Positions 1 through 10,775 of a DNA stretch of 64,000 nt are shown here, piece after piece. Numbering within the stretch: the first letter of the stretch is position 1; each line of letters starts with the position of its first letter. The DNA is taken from the NCBI GenBank assembly GCA_010909165.1, contig VJWM01000063.1, forward strand, positions 930,001 to 994,000, read 5' to 3'. The notes beneath the pieces were generated by a model. The model was not told the origin of the DNA. It saw nothing but the letters and a program-made list of their open reading frames with translations, and did not search any database. Source of the stretch: Anthoceros angustus. Taxonomy: Eukaryota; Plantae; Anthocerotophyta. Both the position numbers and the translations under genes were made by a program.

Positions 1-155
1 GAAACCGATGGCCAGGAGGTTAGACTAGGAGGAAGAGGATGAGGAGATGAGAAGATGAGTAGAGGATTAGAGGTGTGGGTGTTGGTGGAAGGCCACAGGC
101 GAGCCTAAGGGACGAATCCCAAATCTGCAAGTAAGAGCTCACAGGTGGAGAAGGT

Positions 156-365
156 GGTCTTAAGTAGGGCGAAATCGCGGTGTGAACCGGGGGTCCACAG
201 GCGCCGTGGTAGGCTCCTTCTTCTGAGGCGGGACACTGCAATTGTGTTGTGTCGTTGTAGGTGGTTGGTCTTAAGTAGGGCGAAATCGGTGTGAACGGGG
301 GTCCACAGGCGCCGTGGTAGGCTCCTCTTCTTGAGGCGGGACATTTGTTGTGTCGTTGTGGGTGA
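156..365. repeat. ~112 bp direct repeat (2 copies) in non-array sequence
   Basis: GGTCTTAAGTAGGGCGAAATC..GTCCACAGGCGCCGTGGTAGGCTCC..TGAGGCGGGACA..GTTGTGTCGTTGT at ~156 and ~268. Confidence 0.85.
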
Positions 366-2063
366 TTGGTGATTTTAGCGTGCAAGTGGTCGGTATGTAG
401 GAGAGTAGGCGCCTTGCTTGTTGAGAAGGTGAGAGTTGTCGGTGCGATTGGTGACCACAAGGCCTCGAATTTTCACACAAGTCTCATGGGACGAAACCCA
501 GCGTCTGAAGCGGCAGTGGGATAAGTGTGGCGCTATAGTGGGAGGCCCTTGTAGCACAATAATAACACTCACCAAACACAATACGAGATCCCAAGTAGCA
601 CAATATTAGCCCCAAGTAGTTCGTCGTTTCTTCTTTCTCTTTTAAGAAATGGCCGGATTTTATCTCGAAATCCTAAATACCCAAAACTTCTCATGACTTG
701 ACAACGGCCCTGCGATTTATCCGTCTTTGAAATACATACTCAAAAGGCCCCATCTACCTATACATCGATACCGCAGAAGTGAAGGCCTAACCCATGTATG
801 CAGTACGATGCCAAGCCTCCGCAACGCCTAACCATTGCACCTTTTGTGCTAGAGGCGTGCTATGGTTTGGGTTTTGTATGGCAAAAATCATGTGCGTGTT
901 GAGCAAAAATCTTGGGTACAAAAAGGTATCCAACTCAATGGAAGCGAAGAGACTGCTGCGATGATATACCATGTGATACTAAGTGCTCCAATTCGGGAAC
1001 CATGCCAAGACTTGTGACATTAGTTCCTACCCATCTTGGAACCATGCCGGGCCATGTTACAATTTAAGGGGCATAATTAGTAATTATGACCAAGTGCATA
1101 ACAAGGCCTAATTGTTTTTAGTAGTGTGAAAGAAACATCAAGGGTAAACGCGTTACTTTCTTCCATGTTGTGATGAACCTACACCAAAACGCGTTTAAGC
1201 GTGTTTGGGTATCTACTTGTTTTAAAATATTTACAAGGATATTTATTTACTATTTATCCTATTTTCCAATTATAAACAATAGGGCAAGGTGCTCCAAGCC
1301 AAATGCAATTTTTCTCATCTCAATGCAATAATAGATGAAAACAATGAGCTATTAGAAACACCCTAGGTTTGTTTTCCAACAGACAGCCCTTCCATGCATG
1401 TTTTAGTGAATTCATTCTAAACCTAAACTCATATAGCAACACACCACCATATGCAGAGACTGAGCTTCCACAAAATATGCCACTACTCGGTAGCGGTTGA
1501 TAACCAAAAAAGGAACATGGAGGGGATCTCAATATCAAGGTATGGTGTACCATTCTCATCGGTTTTATGGTGGTTCACGTAAAATGTTTTCCGCGACATA
1601 CGACGGAAAGCTTGTATGTCACACACTTGGTGACATCGGCCACGCAGCCATCCGCGTGTATTGTTGTTGTGAGGTGTGTGATACGCATCTTTATGCATAG
1701 AAGATGCCAAGGATTGATGCGTACAGTCTGAGGAGGAAAATAATGTTGACACACACAACTCACGCCATGATGAGATTGGTACGCCATACCGAGGTGCTTC
1801 ACAACATCGGAACGGGTTTACAATTGACCCAATAACCATACACACACAACTCACGCCATGATGAGATTGGTACGCCATACCGAGGTGCTTCACAACATCG
1901 GAAGCAACATAATTGACCCAATAACCATACACACATCGAACTAGAGGCCTCCTATGTCATGCGCTGGGAGGCCACACATTGTGGTCCCATGGGCCATAAG
2001 CCACAACTGCGGTTAGGCCTCTAAGGGTGGGTTCACAGGACCCTCATGTCAAGAGCCGTACTA

Positions 2064-2153
2064 GGACTTGGTCTAAACCATGTCATGGTGGCCATTTACG
2101 CCTCGCCGCTTCACACGGACTTGGCCTAAACCATGTCATGGTGGCCATTTGCG
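2064..2153 (+). repeat. ~53 bp-period direct repeat within each array unit
   Basis: GGACTTGG(T/C)CTAAACCATGTCATGGTGGCCATTT(A/G)CG occurs twice in every full unit. Confidence 0.85.
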
Positions 2154-3709
2154 ATCCACGGTTTCACCGTGGTGTGGGCCACCTCACTTTCACTTATTGA
2201 TAAATAAAGTGAAATGTCTTAGCAAGAGGAGGTGAAAAGGACCCCTTCCTTCGCACCAACACATTCATACCATCTTCTAGAGTCATTATATTTTGTCTTC
2301 CACCCGCTCTTGTGCGGCCTTCTCTAGTTTGAGTTTATTTTAGGTTGTTAGATTTTCTATTTAAATACATTTTATCATGTTATCCAAGATGGATCCACAT
2401 ACTAGGCATTTATGGATGTGTTTATTATTGGGCTTATGTTATATATTACTTTGGAGCTTTGGAGTACACATCATCCATGTGAATGGATTTGTTTTCGCAC
2501 ATCCATTATGATCGTGAGTCCGGTACTTTCTTTGAGTGATCTCCATAATGCTTCATTAGAGATTTAGCATTCGGATCCAAGACGCATTGAATTCAAGATG
2601 GATGCAGCGGGGCGAAGATGCCCGAACACATTCGTCCACTCGAACAGCGGTGCGAGGCAATCCAGCTCTATCTCCTCATAATCCTATGCCATGCCTCCAT
2701 CAATTCGGTAGGCCACACAACTCATACCTTCAAACCGCTAGATCGATGGGCGTGGAACCCTAAAGTGTGTGGGAGCAAGGAGGCATGGAGCCGGCACCAA
2801 AAGCATGGTAACTCGGCGAAAGAAGAAAAGTGCGGTTCGTAAGGTCTGCAAATTTGAATTGCGGACACGCATTGCGCATGCCCTAGTGTTGTGCACAATG
2901 CAATGATGCGCCACTAATCTCTACTCAATGTGAAGACATCTCACATCTAGATCTCACTCAACCATGGGCTGTCCGGTGGCTTGAAGGTGCTTGCCACCGC
3001 TAGGATGCCGATTCTCTATTTCATTAACCTACAAGAGTGTTTTCTAACTCTTCATAAAGTAATACCTTCTTGGACACGAGCGCCCATTAAGCCTATTTTA
3101 ATTTGTTTATTATGAAAGTGATTTTACTCCTTCATATCGATGGTCATATTTGTAAAAGTAGCTTATATTTATAATGTATATCTACTATGATTTAGACTTT
3201 CTTGTGATGCCAAAATTTATATATCGTAAAATAATGTTTCCATCAATAGCTCCTAGGTTGATATATGTAATTTTGGCCATGAAACCACGAAATTATGGAT
3301 TTAGAGGGTTTTTCATTTAGATCCAAGACGCTTTTACACCCTTCAAAGTAGTGACTAGGAGCCATCACTATTCCTAAGGAGACCTTGTTCGATGAGAAGG
3401 GAAAAGGAAGTCAGGCACCAACCTCTGCATTACCTTCTCACTCGACATATGCTTGCAAGCCTATAATCAAGGTGAGGCCCATACCACGGTGACTGCTAAT
3501 TACTGATATTGCTCTCTCAAGATGGGAAATGCTAATCCACAAGAGGGATGCATTGCTTAACATGGAATTGTAATAGGAAGCGCCAAGAAGGAGAGAGGAT
3601 AATACTACTTAAGGAGCTGTCCGAGGGCTAGTAAGGTCACTTGCTCCCACTATTATGTCTATTTTTGTCACATTAATCATAATTTGAATTAATATACAAA
3701 ATAAACAAA

Positions 3710-3928
3710 TCATATTGTCTATATATGTGATATGGCCACATGTAAATTAATTCGTGCATTGAGTCTCTCCATATCCTATTGTCTATATATGTGATGTTGC
3801 CTAGGTGTAAATTTATTCGATTCGAGTCTCGTGAAACTAGTTTGCCAATGAAACTAGTCCCCTTTGTCAGGCCTTTTTCTCTCTTTCGTGATCCTCTCAT
3901 TTTCGACAAGTCGTGATATCACCAACCA
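3710..3928 (+). promoter_or_regulatory. Candidate core promoter/5' UTR of the array gene (present in every unit)
   Basis: Two ~65 bp imperfect direct repeats each containing ATTGTCTATATATGTGAT (TATA-like), then a pyrimidine patch (CCTTTTTCTCTCTTTCG..TCCTCTCATTTTCG) just before the ATG. Confidence 0.35.
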
Positions 3929-5728
3929 ATGCAAAGAGGTGTGGCTTCAGAGGCGAGGCGAATGGCGTGTGTAGTTAATGGCGATGGGAGCAACTCTCTG
4001 CGCTACCAATGCCGGGTTTGTAGTTAATAGCATGGCTTCGAACTTGAAGCCGTTGCGCATCAATCCTCTAAGGAGGATGAAGGATGGCGGGAAGTAGTAC
4101 GTGAGGCGATTTGCCCATGGAAATCGGAGAAGAAATGGAGCCCAAGGCTTAGTAATGGTAACGGGTGCCAACTCAAAGTGCGAGCAATGCTCCAAGGAAT
4201 CGAGAAACATGGCGATTGAGGCGTCAATTTTTGGGGTAGCAAGTGGTAATGGGGCAACAAATGGTAATGCCTCTTATGATGGCAAGAGGAGAGTGAAGCC
4301 TGCTTTCAACAGCACTGGTCGAAGCTTGAGGCCCCGAGAAGCAGCGGTCACACTCAAAAGTACTTCACTGTGGTGAGTCTCCTTTGGATGAGCCCAAGGC
4401 CAAGGGTGCTACTTGTGGTGAAGACGGTGTCGAAAATTGTGTCCCTTCAAGAAACCCGAATGATGTCTTGAACACCTCCACCGGCCACTTAGAGTGGAAC
4501 TTCATATAAGGATGCAGACTTGCACTTCACGTTCAAGTGAGGCCTCCGCATGCTTGGTAAGCTAAAGGACACGCAGATGAGCCTCTTCCACATCAACAGT
4601 GAAAGTGCTAATGTGGTGAAGAATGTAAGTCGATGAGGCGGGACGTCATGACAAAGTGAACGCAGAGAAAAAATGTCATTGTTCATGGGAAGAGGTGGGC
4701 CGATGTGGGCGACAAACCTCCGTGTTAGGGGAGAGAATTATGAATGGAATCTCCAACAAGGTTGTTCAAAGCTAGTGAAAATGGTCACAAGACAAAGCAA
4801 AGTAATGGAGTGGACCGGCATAGCCACAAACATAATGGAGTGTTCAAGGGGTTTGCGAAAATGAAGGGTGGATCCAAGGCACGTGAAGAGAAGAAGCAAA
4901 TGCCCAAAGTGGGCGGATCTCGCCAAGGTCTATGATAATGGTCAAGCACCGGGCTTGCAACAGTCATAGTGACGATGTGTATCGGGCAATTGAGACAACT
5001 ATGGTGAAGGAGTTGTCCAAAATGGTGGCGTGGCCTCATAGTGGATAGTAATGGTCATCATGTCATTGAGGCGAGCATGAGCCATGCATCTACCCCAAGC
5101 GAGGTGCGACAAACAAATGGTGAGTGGAATATCACGTTTGGTACTATAGTGAATGTGACATAAAGGCATTAGTTGAGAATACAAGTTCGAGATGGTGAAA
5201 GGAGTTATAGCCCTAAAGCCATCGGTGAAAGTAAGGAACATGTTAAACCTTCCGCAGAGATTGGTTCAAATAGTATAAACGATGATGAGGGGCAATTTCT
5301 TGCAAAGGCAATTCCGAGATAGTGGGGGCAGCCACATTTCAGTTGTGAGAAGGAGGAGACATATATACCTCGGAGAGATATCTTGGTGCGATCAAGCGTG
5401 GAGGAAGCGAAAATAGTCAACCCGAGATCGCACCTAACCGTCATGCGACAATAAAACTTTATGCTTGGCTCTACCTTTCACTCCTCCATACATGACTCCT
5501 ATTCTAAGACGGCTTTGCCATGTGACAACAGTTACTCCCAGTGCAAGGTGGCCTTGCTCCTCCCAATCTGCCACCTCGGTCTCGATCGCAGCTTGACCCC
5601 TCTTTTCTCAAGTGTTCAGCTAGTGGTGGTGTCGACAAGGCAAGGGTCTTGGGCGGGAAGAGGTGATCATGAACCCTAACGCCATGGAATACATCCCAAG
5701 GTCAAAGAGGCCCTTGTTGTCCCTTTAA
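3929..5728 (+). CDS. Array gene copy 1: ~600 aa low-complexity protein with two C-terminal PAM2-like motifs (frameshifted in this assembly)
   Basis: ATG CAA AGA GGT at 3929 to TTG TCC CTT TAA at 5728. Overlapping ORF-track pieces from different copies tile one plausible protein: KEDEGWREV..SIFGVASGNGATNGNASYDGKRRVK..GESPLDEPKAKG..MNGISNKVVQASENGHK..GEWNITFGTIAECDIKALVE..KL(S/Y)ASALPFTP..IMNPNAMEYIPRSKRPLLSL*. Confidence 0.6.
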
Positions 5729-5740
5729 GGATCTTTGGGG

Positions 5741-7106
5741 TGGTGAGTCTCCTTTGGATGAGCCCAAGGCCAAGGGTGCTACCGTGGTGAAGACGGTGTC
5801 CGAAAATTGTGTCCCTTCAAGAAACCCGAATGATCGAACACCTCCACCGGCCACTTAGAGTGGAACTTCATATAAGGATGCAGACTTGCACTTCACGTTC
5901 AAGTGAGGCCTCCATCTGTAGTAAGCTAAAGGACACGGATAGCGAGCCTCTTCCACATCAACAGTGAAAGTGCTAATGTGGTGAAGAATGTAAGTCGATG
6001 AGGCGGGACGTCATGACAAAGTGAACGCAGAGAAAAAATGTCATTGTTCATGGGAAGAGGTGGGCCGATGTGGGCGACAAACCTCCTGTGTTAGGGGAGA
6101 GAATTATGAATGGAATCTCCAACAAGGTTGTTCAGGCTAGTGAAAATGGTCACAAGACAAAGCAGAGTAATGGAGTGGACAGGCATAGCCACAAACATAA
6201 TGGAGTGTTCAAGGGGTTTGCAAAAATGAAGGGTGGATCCAAGGCACGTGAAGAGAAGCAAATGCCCAAAGTGGGCGGATCTCCTGCCAAGGTCTATGAT
6301 AATGGTCAAGCACCTGGGCTTGCAAACGATCATAGTGACGACGTGTATCGGGCAATTGAGACAGCTTCATGGTGAAGGAGTTGTCCAAAATGGTGGCGAT
6401 GGCCTCATAGTGGATAGTAATGGTCATCATGTCATTGAGGCGAGCATGAGCCATGCATCTACCCCCCCGAAATGCGACAAGCAACAGTGGTGAGTGGAAT
6501 ATCACGTTTGGTACTATAGTGAATGTGACATAAAGGCATTAGTTGAGAATACAAGTTCGAGATGGTGAAAGGAGTTATAGCCCTAAAGCCATCGGTGAAA
6601 GTAAGGAACATGTTAAACCTTCCGCAGATTGGTTCAAATAGTATAAACGATGATGAGGGGCAATTTCTTGCAAAGGCAATTCCGAGATAGTGGGGGCAGC
6701 CACATTTACGAGCAATTTGTGAGAAGGAGGAGACATATATACCTCGGAGAGATATCTTGGTGCGATCAGCGTGGAGGAAGCTGAAAATAGTCAACCTGAG
6801 ACTGCACCTAACCGTCATGCAACAATAAAACTTTCTGCTTGGCTCTACCTTTCACTCCTCCATCTGTGACTCTACCGGAAGGCGGCTTTCCCGCCATGTG
6901 ACAACAGTTACTCCCAGTGCAAGGTGGCCTTGCTCCTCCCAATCTGCCACCTCGGTCTCGATCGCAGCCTTGACCCCTCTTTTCTCAAGTGTTCAGCTAG
7001 TGGTGGTGTCGACAAGGCAAGGGTCTTGGGCGGGAAGAGGGTGATCATGAACCCTAACGCCATGGAATACATCCCAAGGTCAAAGAGGCCCTTGTTGTCC
7101 CTTTAA
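5741..7106 (+). pseudogene. Partial duplicate (3' three-quarters) of the array gene
   Basis: Just after the stop of copy 1 the sequence jumps back to TGGTGAGTCTCC (equivalent of 4371) and runs to the same stop codon at 7106. Confidence 0.65.
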
Positions 7107-7211
7107 GGATCTTTGGGAATTGGTGAGGCAGCATAATGGAGGTGTTGGAGCAGAATGATGGCAAAGATCTCCGTGGGAATTCCACATCGTACAAAGATCC
7201 ATTCGCCATGT

Positions 7212-7370
7212 TTAATGATTATTAGAGAGTGCAATGTTTGAGATCATTAGAAAGTTTGCAATGTTTGTGATCATTAGAAAGTTTGTGCAATGTTTGATGA
7301 TCATTAGAAAGTTTGTGCAATGTTTGGCGATTATTAGAAAGTGCAATGTTTGATGATTATTAGAAAGTGC
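7212..7370 (+). repeat. 26-30 bp minisatellite, ~6 copies, downstream of the array gene stop
   Basis: Unit ATGAT(T/C)ATTAGAAAG(TTTG)TGCAATGTTTG. Also at ~12835-12997, 18299-18456, 25520-25671, 26567-26729, 32009-32164, 54273-54437 and 60409-60564. Confidence 0.92.
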
Positions 7371-10300
7371 ACGGCGTTGCATTCTGGTCTCCAAGCTAAC
7401 AAACATCTTCTCGACGCGATTAAAAGATAAAAACACCCACCAAGCACAACACGAGGCTCCTGTGTAGCACAATAATAACACTCACCAAACACAATACGAG
7501 ATCCCAAGTAGCACAATATTAGCCCCAAGTAGTTCTGTTTCTTCTTTCTCTTTTAAGAAATGACGCGGATTTTATCTCGAAATCCTAAATACCCAAAACT
7601 TCTCATGACTTGACAACGGCCCTGCGATTTATCCGTCTTGAAATACATACTCAAAAGGCCCCATCTACCTATACATCGATACCGCAGAAGTGAAGGCCTA
7701 ACCCACAGCCGTGTACGTTGTGTAAGCCTCCGGCTTTCAACGCCTAACCATTGCACCTTTTTGTGCTAGAGACGTGCTATGGTTTGGGTTTTGTATGGCA
7801 AAATCATGTGCGTGTTGAGCAAAAATCTTGGGTACAAAAAGGTATCCAACTCAATGGAACGAAGAGACTGCTGCGATGATATACCATGTGATACTAAGTG
7901 CTCCAATTCGGGAACCATGCCAAGACTTGTGACATTAGTTCCTACCCATCTTGGAACCATGCCGCCATGTTACAATTTAAGGGCATAATTAGTAATTATG
8001 ACCAAGTGCATAACAAGGCCTAATTGTTTTAGTAGTGTGAAAGAAACATCAAGGGTACGAAACGTTACTTTCTTCCATGTTGTGATGAACCTACACCAAA
8101 ACGCGTTTAAGCGTGTTTGGGTATCTACTTGTTTTAAAATATTTACAAGGATATTTATTTACTATTTATCCTATTTTCCAATTATAAACAATAGAGCAAG
8201 GTGCTCCAAGCCAAATGCAATTTTTCTCATCTCAATGCAATAATAGATGAAAACAATGAGCTATTAGAAACACCCTAGTTTTGTTTTCCAACAAACGCCC
8301 TTCCATGCATGTTTTAGTGAATTCATTCTAAACCTAAACTCACATAGCAACACACCACCATATGCAGAGACTGAGCTTCCACAAAATATGCCACTACTCG
8401 GTAGCGGTTGATAACAAAAAAGGAACATGGAGGGGATCTCAATATCAAGGTATGGTGTACCGTTCTCATCAGCGGGTTTTTATGGTGGTTCACGTAAAAT
8501 GTTTTCCCGCGACATACGACGGGAAAGCTTGTATGTCACACACTTGGTGACATCGGCCACGCAGCCATCCCCGCGTGTATTGTTGTCGGTAGGTGTGTGA
8601 TACGCACATCTTTATGCATAGAAGATGCCGAAGGATTGATGCGCATAACAGAGGAAAATAATGTTGACACACACAACTCACGCCATGATGAGATTGGTAC
8701 GCCATACCGAGGTGCTTCACAACATCTAAACGGGTTTACAATTGACCCAATAACCATACACACATCGAACTAGAGGCCTCCTATGCATCGCGCTGTTGGG
8801 AGGCCACACATTGTGGTCCCATGGGCCATAAACAGCCACAACTGCGGTTAGGCCTCTAAGGGTGGTTCACGGACCCTCATGTCAAGAGCCGTACTAGGAC
8901 TTGGTCTAAACCATGTCATGGTGGCCATTTACGATCCTCGCCGCTTCACACGGACTTGGCCTAAACCATGTCATGGTGGCCATTTGCGATCCCGGTTCCT
9001 GCGACGAGCGGTGTGGGCCACCTACTTTCACTTATTGATAAATAAAGTGAAATGTCTTAGGCAAGAGGAGGTGAAAAGGACCCTTCCTTCGCACCAACAC
9101 ATTCATACCATCTTCTAGAGTCATTATATTTTGTCTTCCACCCGCTCTTGTGCGGCCTTCTCTAGTTTGAGTTTATTTTAGGTTGTTAGATTTTCTATTT
9201 AAATACATTTTATCATGTTATCCAAGATGGATCCACATACTAGGCATTTATGGATGTGTTTTATTATTGGGCTTATGTTATATATTACTTTGGAGCTTTG
9301 GAGTACACATCATCCATGTGAATGGATTTGTTTTCGCACATCCATTATGATCGAGTCCGTGTACTTTGAGTGATCTCCATAATGCTTCATTAGAGATTTA
9401 GCATTCGGATCCAAGACGCATTCAATTCAAGATGGATGCAGCGGGCATGAAGATGCCCGAACACATTCGTCCACTCGAGCAAATAGAGGCAGGCAATCCG
9501 GGCTCTATCTCCTCATAATCCTATGCCATGCCTCCATCAATTGGTAGGCCACACAACTCATACCTTCAAACCGCTAGATCGATGGGGCGTGGAACCCTAA
9601 AGTGTGTGGGAGCAAGGAGGCATGGAGCCGCACCACAGTAACATGGTAACTCGAGCGAAAGAAGAAAAGTGCGGTTGTAGGTCTGCAAATTTGAATTGCA
9701 TAACGCATTGCGCATGCCCTAGTGTTGTGCACAATGCAATGATGCGCCACTAATCTCTACTCAATGTGAAGACATCTCACATCTAGATCTCACTCAACCA
9801 TGGGCTGTCCGGTGGCTTGAAGGTGCTTGCCACCGCTAGGATGCCGATTCTCTATTTCATTAACCTACAAGAGTGTTTTCTAACTCTTCATAAAGTAATA
9901 CCTTCTTGGACACGAGGCGCCCATTAAGCCTATTTTAATTTGTTTATTATGAAAGTGATTTTACTCCTTCATATCGGGATGGTCATATTTGTAAAAGTAG
10001 CTTATATTTATAATGTATATCTACTATGATTTAGACTTTCTTGTGATGCCAAAATTTATATATGCGTAAAATAATGTTTCCATCAATAGCTCCTAGGTTG
10101 ATATATGTAATTTTGGCCATGAAACCACGAAATTATGGATTTAGAGGGTTTTCATTTAGATCCAAGACGCTTTTACACCCTTCAAAGTAGTGACTAGGAG
10201 CCATCACTATTCCTAAGGAGACCTTGTTCGATGAGAAGGGAAAAGGAAGTGTGGCACCAACCGTTTGCGCATTACCTTCTCACTCGACATATGCTTGCAA

Positions 10301-10775
10301 GCCTATAATCAAGGTGAGGCCCATACCACGGTGACTGCTAATTACTGACATATTGCTCTCTCAAGATGGGAAATGCTAATCCACAAGAGGGATGCATTGC
10401 TTAACATGGAATTCTGTAATAGGAAGGCGCCAAGAAGGAGAGAGGATAATACTACTTAAGGAGCTGTCCGGAGGGTTATTAAGGTCAGCTTGCTCCCACT
10501 ATTATGTCTATTTTTGTCACATTAATCATAATTTGAATTAATATACAAAAATAAACAAATCATATTGTCTATATATGTGATATGGCCACATGTAAATTAA
10601 TTCGATTGCATTGAGTCTCTCCATATCCTATTGTCTATATATGTGATGTTGCCTAGGTGTAAATTTATTCGATCGAGTCTCGTGAAACTAGTTTGCCAAT
10701 GAAACTAGTCCCCTTTCGCCTTTTTCTCTCTTTCGCGTGATCCTCTCATTTTTCGACAAGTCGTGATATCAACCA

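Noticed and set aside
20-460. 146 aa minus-strand ORF as a gene
   Set aside because: Non-ATG start, and its internal repeat simply reflects the 112 bp DNA duplication; no family recognised.
4785-6818. Minus-strand ORFs over the array gene (e.g. CPSSSFILFEPI.., SAHFGHLLLLFTCLG..)
   Set aside because: Antisense shadows; they recur only because the DNA is repeated and do not tile into a start-to-stop protein.
7212-7370. CRISPR-like array of ~30 bp repeats
   Set aside because: Repeats are contiguous with no unique spacers, there are no cas genes and the context is eukaryotic; it is a minisatellite.
541-7460. Array unit as a tandem LTR retrotransposon or DNA transposon
   Set aside because: No LTR pair, PBS/PPT, TIRs, or RT/integrase/transposase motifs found in the unit. 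A remote TE origin cannot be excluded.
7779-8243. Short recurrent + strand ORFs MVWVLYGKIMC.. and MTKCITRPNCF..
   Set aside because: 60-80 aa, no recognisable motif, partly in AT-rich intron-like DNA; conservation is explained by array homogeneity.
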